From NCBI GenBank assembly GCA_964199315.1, contig OZ116699.1, positions 13,268,001 through 13,332,000 of the forward strand: a stretch of 64,000 nt of DNA. Reading direction: 5' to 3'. Origin of the DNA: Orbicella franksi (taxonomy: Eukaryota). Positions 29,201 through 41,300 of the stretch are shown piece after piece. The translations under genes and the position numbers were made by a program. The notes under the pieces were generated by a model. That model was not told where the DNA came from, ran no database searches, and saw nothing but the letters and a program-made list of their open reading frames with translations. Numbering within the stretch: the stretch's first letter is position 1; every line of letters starts with the position of its first letter.

Positions 29201-32200
29201 TGGACTGTTTTAAATTGGCGTTGAATCGGTCATAGAGATTCTCCGCATGGATAAAAATTACTTACTAAGAGGACACAGAACAAAAAAGAAAGAAAACAAC
29301 CCTAAATGAAATCGCGTTACAAATCCACATAAAAACCTCCCCTCCCGTAGCAGCTCTCGTAAGTTTGTAATTATTTTGCTTGTCAGCAGCTGTTATTGTC
29401 TTGGCGCAAGGGCATTGTTACCGTTGTTTATGCTATTGTCCTCTTAAAGTGTATCAAGCCGTTCATGTGAGACCTAACGAGAGCTTCTACTCGACCCTCT
29501 AATTCCGGCTTTAAAAAGTCTTGAGCTTCTGATATTTATTACATGTATATATTTGTATTAATTCGAGTCTAAGACTTCAATACACCGAATGCAAATGATA
29601 CGGACCACGTGACGTGACCTCAGATTATTTCAGTGATTTCTTTGAGTTTGACCATCTGAGATCTCGTTCGTTAGTGTGTGTCATCAGAACGTTGAAGGCT
29701 CATTTTACGCGTCACGGCACACTTGAGCAACTGGTGACTGACAACGGTTCACAGTTTACATCACGTGACTTCCTGAGGTTCGCGAAGGGATGGGACTTTG
29801 AACATCTCACGAGCAGCCACATCACAGTCAGGGTAACGGTAAAGAAGAGAGCGCAGTGAAGGAAGCCAAGAAAATTCTCAGAAAGTGCAGAGCGAGTGGA
29901 TCAGATGCATTTCTGGCCTTACTCGAGTTAGTCCAACACAGCGTCTCTTCAACAGAAGGACTAAGAGTCTCTTACCAATGACGGCAAATTTGCTCGCGCC
30001 ACAGGCAGTTTCAGATAACGAGCTGTGCCGAGCCAAGCTCGAACAGCGCAAACAGCGACAAGCTCAGTATTACAACAGAGGTGCTGTCGATCTGGACCCC
30101 TTGAGAAGAGGAGATGTACGTAGTAAGACTAAAACCATTTCAGCAGGGCATAGCGAGAATGGCACAAACGGATTGTGCGAAGTCGACTGGATGAGAGATC
30201 GTATGAGGTCGAGACGCCCCATCATGTGATTCGTCGCAACCGCGTTCACCTACGAAAGACAAGTGAGCCGTCACCGCCACCATCACGCCAGGCCCCTGCT
30301 GAGGTGTCTGTTCCTCTTTTTCCGCAGTCCAGTGAGTTGGCGACCACCGTTCCCGGAGAAGTAAATCCACCTCCTCAAGTCAAGAAAATGCGCCTCTGTG
30401 TAGGCCGGAAGTTGCTTCAACTGCAGCAGAGTCTCCACCCAAGCCAGTGCTAAGACGATCTGAGCGTAAAACGACGGCCACCGAAGCACTTAAGTGACTT
30501 TGTTTTGACTAAGCCATAAACTGTTCTAAAGACTTGACTTAAATACACGTTGCAGAGTTCGTGTATTCACTTCATTAATGCGCGCTTAATTCATGTAAGT
30601 CTGAAATGTAGCGAACAACTTTTAGTTCCCGCGGCGATCGTGAACTCCTTTCCTTCGTCTCAACGAATTACATTGATCCACTATTTTTCCTTGGAGGCGA
30701 ACGGTGGAAGATTTCTATCCCTTCTCGTGGCATTCAGAAATAGCAACTCATAGACACAGCGAAATAAAACAGGCCAGATCGACGACGAAGCAAGACTTTT
30801 CTTGGGGAAGCATTGTCAAAACAAAACATCAAAGCTAGCTGACTGGCTCGCTCTCATGCAGTTCGTCCCGGGTGCCGACCGCGTCGTCCGCCATATTTGC
30901 ATTCGGTGTATACAGCAGAGTGTTAGCCTCATTGTTAAGCGTTGGATTCCTATACAACGCTCCCAACCAGTACAAGTTAAAATTAAGTTAAAGCTTAGAA
31001 GTACTGTGCAATTTCACTTACTCTCGTCACTCCATTTTCTGTGTAGTTGTACCATTCCGATCCATCTTCACTGTACTTCATGTAAAACCTCCACGTATTG
31101 TGGCCATACACACGTCCTTGGACAGCCACGGCCGTCAGCCGTTTACTCGCTGGACCAAGATCAACTTGAATGAATGGCGTCCAATGGTATAAGTTTATGT
31201 ACGCAGAACCGTGACGCAGCCGGGGATTGGCATGTGAACTCGATGACGTAGGCGCTTTTTTGATTTGACTGTCCGTGATCTCCTCACTGTCCTTATTCTC
31301 CATCCCCAGGGGAGCAGAGCATACTGAGCGAAAATACATTTGCCATGTAAGAAAAAGGTAATTTACCTTGAAAATAGCAACAACCTAATATTCCAAAATA
31401 AGCGAAAGATAACAATGACATGTAAAGGTCACCTAATTGTTAACAATCAAAAGAGTGCCATAAAAGCAAAACGTGTTCATTCAAGCAGTAGAGGATAATT
31501 TGATTATATGATCGTGAGAAGTGTTCGTGGTTATCGGCCAGTCACAAAGAACACAAACAATCCTCAAACCAAATACATACAGTTGACACAAAGCGCGGGA
31601 AAAAGTGTATGAGCGAGACGCGATTAGTTTTGGTTTTACTTCTGAGAAGAGAAGAAAGTGGCTAGAGATTTTTGAACCAATCAAAAAGCGTTGCAAACCA
31701 AACAAATCCTTATCACTTTTAACACTCAAGTGAAAACCGTGCTGAGATGTCTTTTGTGAAATGTTCTCGGATAAAGCAATAGTGACACTTTCAGTTATTA
31801 CTTCAACAAAATTCTCAAATCTGAGAAATGATTACCGAGCCCAGTTTATGTTGTCATTGTATTAGGGCCTCTACAGACCAGACATTAAACTGTCGACAAT
31901 TATCTATCATCAAAAACTAAATGTTATCGACAACTCAAAATTGTTTGTTCTTAAGGTCTCGCTGACGTGACTTGGAGTTCGACAACTAACACTCTAATGA
32001 GTGGAATGCTGGGATCGGACACTAGTGTCACCAAACGTTGAACACGCTACGGTGCCTTAATCGATATGACGAAATGTTTAATTTAAACGATAGAGTGCAA
32101 AGAAAGGTATGAAAATGGAGCGGTTGCTACAAACAAAATAAATTACAAGTTATAAACGAATACAATAAAAGAAACAGAAATAACGAGCCAAAGGTTGACG

Positions 32201-35200
32201 ATACTTACAAACGTTGTATGACTATGACGGTAAGGAACACGAAAGAGGAAAGCGGCAGGGCGGTAAATGAAACAAGATGACAGTAGCGTCGCGATGAAAA
32301 TGCACAAATAAACTAGAAAAACGCATACAGAAGGGGACTGAAACAAAACAAAATTATGCGAAAAACCTAACAGAATATTGATAACGTGAAAGCGAGATAA
32401 ACGAAAAGAATGCGATGATCACGGAAAGAATGCACGTACAAACGGAAAAAATAACAAAGAAGTGAATGGGGCGGTAACAGACACAATTAGTTGTCAATAA
32501 CAAATAGTGACAACTAAATGACTTCGTCTGGTGTGTGGACGCTCTTAGACCTTATTGAACGGTTCACTTGCAATCATCAGAAAGTTTCAAACAACTCGAA
32601 GACTAGAGACGGAAATTCCGTCATCACATGAGTATCACCTTTACAGCCTTTGAGTTCCACTTTCATGCACATCCCATAATGCCACTGGGTAGGGATGACT
32701 CGAACATAGCGCGCGTGAAAACTCGTGACTTGAGTCTTAGAAAACACTGCGTCCGTATTTCCATCATACGTCTGTTAAAAAGAAATGGACTAATCAATAC
32801 AAGCTACTGTGCTAATATCTGCTGCCCAAAATGGACACTGCAAATTAACAGACACTTAACTTTCACTTTTTGACATCTCAATAATTACAGCACAGCTATT
32901 TTTACAAGAAATTATTCCTCGATGGATCCGTATATTGTAAGAGATCATCCAACACAGTGTTGGTGAATAGAAATTAATATTTTGTCATTGGTGTGAGCTG
33001 GGTCTGCAACTGTTGCAATTACAGAAAAAGAACCAACGAATGATTGAACGATTACTCTGACATTTTTCTCTCTCTTCTTCAGATGATGATTGCAGCTTGC
33101 GTTTATATACTCTTTACATAATTACTATTCATGCTTAGACGTCTTCCATTTTACAGAAGCTGATCCATAACACGGGGTTTTAAATTCAGAATCTTGTTCA
33201 CGGTCTTTAATTAATGTTATTATATGGCTTTGGCTTGTGGCCGATATAACGCGCGCTCTGATTGGCTAAGAGCGAGATCTGAGCGGTCATTATGCAGCCG
33301 TAATGCCCACGGGCCGATTACGGATTATGCAAATTAGGAAGAGCCCGGCTCTGAAAATTCAAGCGCATTGAAACGATGAAAACCGATTGAAAACAGTAAG
33401 AGAAAGTAAGTAGCTAAACGTTTAGAGATTTTTCCTTAATAAAACTAATATAGAAGTCGTTTTTGACTTACCAGCCGGTAAGCTTGGCGGGCACTAGTGA
33501 AAAACAATCAAAGTTTGCAGAGTCTTAAGTAATGCTAAAATCGCTGAGTGAAAGACACCATCGGCAGATCTGTCATGCATCCTGAGCAGAACACCACGAA
33601 GAAACGTATAAGTTATCATCTTAGTCACAAAAATTACGGAAATATTGAACTCCGTCACAATTCTCATCGAATAGATTCCCTCGCTTTAACACAAGCAAGT
33701 GTAAATCAGCTTCCCTTGAGGATCATCAGATGTAAACAATCGGGCGGTTTCTGTCGGTAGTGGTGTTTCTGATAACTGCAGGAAGTTTTAGACGTTCATA
33801 AGGCTTGAAAAGTTCATCCATAAATCCCAGAATGAAGAAGGCGGAGATATGTTGTCGAAAGCGAATGCGAAGATAGAGTTATTCTGAGCAATTCATTCTG
33901 AAGCATTAGTTGGTTTGAACTATTTTGAAGCACTTTCTGTCTTTTCTATATGCGTTGACGTTTCGCCACAAAAGTCGGAAAAACTCCCCCATCAACTTGT
34001 GGCACCACGATACTAAAATACCTTTTTGAGGCTGTGACAATCACTTTTCCCGTAAAGAAACGTGTGTTTTTAACAGAATACGTAATACAGTGGTTCACTG
34101 TGTAGTTTTGCACTGGGTTTGAGACGATGAATGAATCGGTAAACGCGCGCATCGCCGGACGTAAATTGACGACTTCCGCTCGAATAATTTTTTTCTTTTC
34201 CTTAATTCATGAGCCATATAATAAACAACTTAATAACCTCGACCGTTCCGTCGTTACGGGAAAATCTCAAACCTCGGCCTACCGTATTGACCGAGCGATA
34301 GCGAGGTCAATACGGCAAGGCCTCAGTTTGAGATTTTCCCGTAACGACCTCACTCTCGGTTATTAAGTAGTTAGTATTATTCTATGGGAATCCTTGAAAA
34401 TAGTTGTTATTATCTTGAAAAGAGATGTACTGACAAACATTCTGTTAGGTGATATAAATTCTTGTCATATTCAGTTTGCCACTAATTTAAACAAATGCAG
34501 CAATACGTCTTATGACACGTTTCAACTGGGTAATGCAAGCGATAAAACTGGAAAAAACATATTCGTGATACCTTGTTGACGTCCTGTTCCGTGTGATCAG
34601 TCCAGGCGTCTCCAAGAACACTGTACTGAATTCTGTATTTCTCTACCCAGGCATCCTCTTCCACAATACCCGCGGTAATTCCCCAAGTTGCAACTCCAGT
34701 GACATGATGAAGAGTTCCCAAATCAATTTGTAAATACTGAGTTTTGCTATCATCTGCGCACCAACCGTGCTGTTTGCTTGAACTGATGATGCTAGCACGC
34801 CAGGGATCAAAACCAGGTCCCATAAAACTAGATGCTGTGTAACCTCCCCTCTTAGCTTCTTTTAGACTGAAGTCAAGACTGTTTACACAACCTTCAAGAA
34901 AAATGAGAATAATAGAGGGGAAATATCTTTATTGTTCAATAGATGATATGAAAGATACGATCAAGGGAATTCTACAAAAATCCTTAATGATTGAGACTGA
35001 TATTCAAAATGGCGCAGTTTTTGAGGCAATATATCTGGTTCAGAATTCTCTTCCTTGCAACGTGCAAATGGGTAAAAAAGCACTTTAAATGGTTCTCTGG
35101 TAATTGGCTAGTCACCGACACACCACGATCGTGAGCGCAAGGTCCTTAAAAGAGAAAACGTTTTTTCATCGGCCAAGAAATGTCAGATGTTTGGCATTTG

Positions 35201-35345
35201 TCAGCTCTCCTTTCTAGTTTCCATCAATACACCATATTCGTATTCCCGGTATTTGACTGGAACTAGCTTGAAACCGAGGCTAATGCGGGGAGTGTTTTCA
35301 AATGCAAATGACATTGATCTCTTTTTAATGATATTCCTCCGCATG

Positions 35346-35378
<33 letters not shown>

Positions 35379-38300
35379 CGAGAGTACGAATATGTTCTGT
35401 TAGTTCACAGAGAACTAACGCTCACAGTTCAATTGTTCACTAGATCATCTTTTGATCTTGACGCAGCCTGCCGCACAGTCTTATCTGACCTGGGGTGCTG
35501 CAACACTACCTTACCTGTGTGATATAGTTCTATCCTCATACATGGCCAGATATACCAGCCAAGTACATAGATTCTGATCTTCTTCGCAAGGAATTTCCAC
35601 TCAAAAGCTCTGTAAACCACTGTGTTACCAGTAGAGCCATGAAACCCCTTAAGAGGAGTAAGCAAGTGATGTAAGTATATTTCCCAAATTTCTTCAAAAC
35701 TGGGTGGAGAAACTCTATCTGTGGGTATGAGACCTAAAGTATTAGCAACCCCTACTGTCGTAAAATAATGACCCACCCATGCAACAAGAAAATACCAAAC
35801 TTGTCCACTAAGCAACGTCATTGCTGGGAGTGACAAAGAGCAACATACCAACGCTAGCAGTTTCTAACCACAAAATCCTTTCCTCAAAACTCGAGCCTCG
35901 CAAAAGAAGAAAATCGATCCTGGATTCTCGAAGGCATCAAGGATCGAAAACCGAGTCTCGACTCGAGACAGTCAACTTACATTTGGACAGTACCGTACAA
36001 AGAAGTACATAAATACACCCTTACCTTTCTAGCTCCGTTTATCTTGTAGTCTGTCCATTGCCCTCCATTTCTAGTGAAAGCAATGGCGAAGCTAGTCACA
36101 CCTGAGCCCTCGTCAGAGTCACCCTGGAGGGCTATTTTTGCCAAGGTAAACTCTTTTCCCAGATCCACCTGTAAGTATTCGTCTTGTTTGTTTGTAGCCG
36201 CGCACCAAGAAACATTCGCGTGAAGTCTTGCAGCGTGAGGGTAGTAACCAGGTTTCCAGCTGGACGCGGTCATAGATGAACTAGAAATTTCGTCCGAGCG
36301 CTCTATCCCCACCGGAAACAAATCTGTGATAACTGACAGTAGAGGAAAAGATAATTTAAAGCTGACATCTTAGACAAAAATTAGAACAATGAAATTTTTG
36401 ATACCAGCGTGGCTAAAATAAATTTTCGAAATTTTAGTTGATGAAGTATTCACGGTAAAAACAGCAGGTAAGAACGAACGACGTTTCGACCGCTCTTCGT
36501 AAAATAGGAAACCAGGTTCGTTTCCTTTTTAGCGGGAGCAAACCAAAGTTTCAATGGCCTACAAGATAATCCTATTTATTTCAGAGCGTAATAAGTATTT
36601 AGTAATCTACGTTGATTTTTTTCCCGTATGCGCAGCGTTCGTCAAGGCTTCTAAGCGTTAACTATCAAAAGCTCGGGAATACAAAAATAATGTCATGCCG
36701 ACAATCAGGCAAAAATCTTTGGGTCAATAAACTACAAAAAGTGTTATGCATTGTTAATGCATTATTCCAGTTGTGGATTCCCTTCGCCAATAATAATGAC
36801 ACATTGTTTCTAGTTTGGATAGAAAAATGTCACCATTGCATTGGGGATAGGCAGGGTGAAGTAAAGACAAGGACTACTGGACAGCAAAAATGTGAACTGT
36901 TCCAAAATGTTCGATCAGAAATGAATTACACATTAGTACTTCACAACACATAATTATGCTTGAATAGATATGTTACTCGGGCCATTAACAAACCTTCGCA
37001 TCCGTAGACTTCAACTCGAGTGTACCTTGCCCTGTAAAAGGCCCGTGGCCGAAATATCAAGTACCGGACATCCACGGGATATTGCAGCTTAAATCTGGTG
37101 ATGCTGTTGAAGCTGGTGAATCCAGAGAAAACCTAACAAGGCAACGAGAAGAACTATCCAACAAAGGGCTAGAAAAGTCTCCAGACTTTGCAAGGAAAGA
37201 AACAAAGCCTTGCCTTTAATTTTATCAGAAGTTAAAAAATTCACTACAAAAGAAAAGAAATCACATCAAGGTCGGTTAAGGCATGAGAAAATAATTTCAG
37301 TTTTAGTCCACTTAACCTTGGCGCTGTGTTTGATTTTTAATACATCGCAATTGGCCAATTGAAAGGTGCTCCACTTTTCCCACTCGCTGCTAGTGGTATT
37401 TGCGGGCTTTGTTAGTCGGCGGCCGGTGGGGCTTAAGCATGAGAAACGAAACGAAACGAAACCCCCCTCCCCCCCGCTCACCCCTCCCCCTCCCCTCACC
37501 CGGGGACAAGAAAATTGTCTTCTTTATTACCTTTTCACGGGCGTGCTCGATCCAGTGTCTCCATGAACAGCCATCCACGCTATAAGAAATTTCATAGGCA
37601 GACACAAAGTACCCCAATCCTGACTGCACGGCTATGGCAGTAATTTTCGTTTTGGCAGGCCCAAAATCAACCTTCAGAACGGCAAGTGGATCAATGTGGG
37701 TAGGATTCCAGCCATAGGAATTCAGCCTAGCTCTATAACCTTGAGTGTAGCTGTAACTAGTCGAGTGCATCATAGCAGAGTTGCTGACTTTTTGCAAATT
37801 AGCACTGGCACAAACTGAATATGTAAAAAAAGAAAAAAAAAAAAGTAGCAACCATGAACGGACATACGTGTATCCCAGTTACCCACTGTGATCATCATTA
37901 CGTTTCACAGTTTTCTTGAACGCAAATGGGGGTTTTCAATATACGAACTAGGAAAGGTGAAATATGTATACTGAAAAAATTCTTATGTACATTGGAAAGC
38001 ATACTTTGCCAAAAAAGCAAAACATAGAATCTTCCTTTTAATGGAACCTTCGCTGTCACAAAAGTTAAGCAGTGTAAGGAATTCGAAGAATGAAAAAGCC
38101 TAAGGAAGAGCTAACACAAAGACAATCCTAGCCAAACAAAGGGAAGATCTTATCTATTTGTAATTCTTAAAGAATGTGTGGTCGTTTTTTGTCTTAGTTC
38201 TTATGTAAATATACTGTTTTCTGGAAATGTTTAGGAAATGGCACGTACTGTATCACAGTCTTGGTTTTTGTGCAAATATATCGTAATTCTAATTGTAATA

Positions 38301-41300
38301 AAAGGCTACAAGTTCGTCAGTAATTTGAGTTACTGTCAGGTTTAATTTAAGTCTTTCCCTTTACCTCACCTGTCAAATACTCCAAGGTTTATCTAAACTA
38401 TAGAGAAATGGTGTTCTGTGCTACAACTGTGACGAATAGCTCACGTTCAAAAAAGATCGTCTACAACACACGGGCGCGCTTAGTCAGTCAGGCATCTATT
38501 TTTTCAGGAACGCATACTCGCGAATCTTTTAAGATTCTAATCATTTCTCATTTTAACTATCTTTCTAGCTTTTGATTTTATTGGTGTGAGTATTTCACAA
38601 ACAAATTTCTAGGGTTTAAGTGAAAGTTCATACCTTTAGATCCAATTATCTCGGCTCGGAGACAAGGCAAGTTTTTCCACTCCTTAGGGTAAAAGCGCAC
38701 GAGACGGGCAGTGAAACCAGACAGCGTGATTTTCTTTTTCAAGGTTGTAGCATCGTTTCCGAGAAATTCCTAAAATGATATATCAAACAATGTTATGTTA
38801 ACAGTAAAGACATGCAATTGGAAGATCTTGAAATGTGATAATCAACTTTGCAGCTCAAAATGTTCCTTCTCAGCGTTAGCCTAGGAGATGAAAAGCTACA
38901 CACAGCAAAGTAAAATTATTTTGCATTCAGTTAGATTCTAGGGGTGAAGAGGATTCGCAGCGCTCTAAATTAGACAAGTCATAATGCGAAATGCAAAAAA
39001 GGGGCCCCTAAATCACAAAACGTGGAGCCTTAATTTTCAAAAGCTAAAAGTGAGAGACTGAATTAAAAAGTTCCGAATGTTGGCTTGGATGTTGAGTTGA
39101 CTAAGAAAAAGACACTTTAACATGCGTGGCAGGTGCTCGCTGGAGTAATACGCAAGAGCGAGGAGACGCGCGCGACTGGAGACACGCGAGGAAAAGGAAG
39201 GAGCCTTGCGAGTCGCACCGCTCCAACTTGAGCGCCGGCAAGTACGGAGCAATCGGGCCAAACTGATCGCCAGACCTTTCCTGTGACATAAACCAACTAG
39301 CATTCTTCGAAAGTAGGAATATTACTAGTCCATTCCAGGCAACCCCAAAGCTAATTAGGTCGCCCCAACAATTCTTTACTTCTCATTTATACACTTGTGA
39401 GGAGAGAGGCACTCAGATACTATAATGTTAGTTCACATGACCCGGCCATACTTTGAATCCTAACCCCGATATAGATGCTTGCACCCTGGAATGCTCGACT
39501 ATGCTTGTGAGTTCTTGATATAGTTACAACCAAAGATGCAGTTGTTGCAAAAATAATATTTGCACCCACAATAGGTTACTTATACTCACAATAGGTTGTT
39601 TAGTTTTGACATCTGTGACATGAGCCCACTGTTCTCTGGTTATAGCGTAAGACAGAGAGAACACTGTTACCCAAGCGTCTCCAAGCTGGTCCGAAGATAA
39701 GCGGTATTTACCCTGTGTGATGATACCGCTGATCGAGTGCTCCATTTCAAGATCAATTTCCAAGTACGGATTTACGTCATTCGCTGCAGCGCACCAAGCC
39801 CCATGCCCGATGTTCGTATCCAGTCTCCCGTAATAAGGCAGATGTTTGGAGCTGAACCAAGACGAGGCTGTGATGCACTCATCCGGGATATGCTCAGTGT
39901 ACATTCCAAGACCTTCATAACTCACTAAATTGCAAAGGAAATACAGTGAAGACTTTTTTTCTTACAATCAACCATTTGAGGAAACCAAGATTTGCAAAGT
40001 TGACGAATCTGCAGAACTCCTGACCTACTAATAACTGAACAAATATTAGCCTGGTTTCCTCAGATTGCTGGTGAAGAAAAACCTTCATCGCTTCGAGGAC
40101 ACATCTCATAGACTTAAATGTTTTTCTGTGATTACGGTATCGCCATGTTCCTTATGCTAACCCGGTACTAATATATTGATTGCGCGCCGGTAACTTATAC
40201 GGCTGAATGTCTACCAATTAGTAATTCGTCAGTTCGGACATTGGATTTTGTTTATTTACGTAGCCTGCAAACCTGACCGGTTAAATAAAAACGGTTGGTT
40301 ATGGCAGGCTAATTTAAAGGGCAATTTGCCCGTAACACCTAATTCTCGGCACTCCATTCCTTCCGTCAAAAGGCATGAGGTGAGAAAGAGAAAAAAGCCT
40401 TTAGAAGTTAAAGTACATACGCCGATGCCCTCTGAGGGACTAGCTATACTGCTAATCACTTTAATTTAATGTAGACATTGGCAAAAGTAACTGTTAAACT
40501 TCCTTCGATCGACTCACGCTTCTTAATTTCTACCTCATGATGTTTTATGTCTACGTAATGTTTTTTTGTCTTGCGCATTGGATCATATTTAGACAGAATT
40601 TCCACATTTAGCATTACACATAACTTTTGTTTGGCCAGTGTTTTATTAGTTGCCTAGCAAATCTTTTGATCGGAGTTGTAATACACTTAAAAAATATCTG
40701 AGACAATTACACGCAAAACGTCTCAATTAGTTGTTAAATACGTTGTCTTTCACGTTTACACAAGTCACTGTCACACAACATTTATGACGTTACTGAGATC
40801 AAGAGAAGATGAAGGGTATGTTAGTTGATCTCTCATATACACGTAATTCTCAAAATAATCCTTCTCAAGTTATTTTTAGACATGGTACCCAGTAGGTCTA
40901 TTCCGAGTTGCCTTTTGCCTCCGTGTAAAAACGCGTCTTCGCGCGAAACCAATAATGCGAAAATGTGTTCCGCCTACAGGTTCATTTTCGTGCAAATCAA
41001 ACTCATTTTCATATGAAAGGTTTGGCACGAGGACTTGTTTTGAAACAGAGGCACAAGGTTACTCGGAGATACCTGTTCTTCAGCGCACAATAGGCACCTT
41101 AAGATACCAGCACGGGACGAACTAGGACGGCTACCGGAAGTAAATTGACTCAACCGGGCATGCGCACGAGAACTCTCGCCTAATCTCTCTGCCGTCCTCA
41201 TCTCGTCGAGGACGCCATTTCGCCCGACTAGCCGTCGTATCGAAGACGTGAGTATTTTGCACTTGTTTTGCCCCGATAACTGTTCCAATCGACTTTATTT

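Noticed and set aside
36470-36505. Hammerhead-like GA..GAAAC fragment on the minus strand
   Set aside because: The CUGANGA core is incomplete and the stems could not be built.
40261-40311. 51-bp hairpin with TAGCCTGC ends resembling the AcademH termini
   Set aside because: No TSD and too short to classify; probably a decayed MITE remnant.
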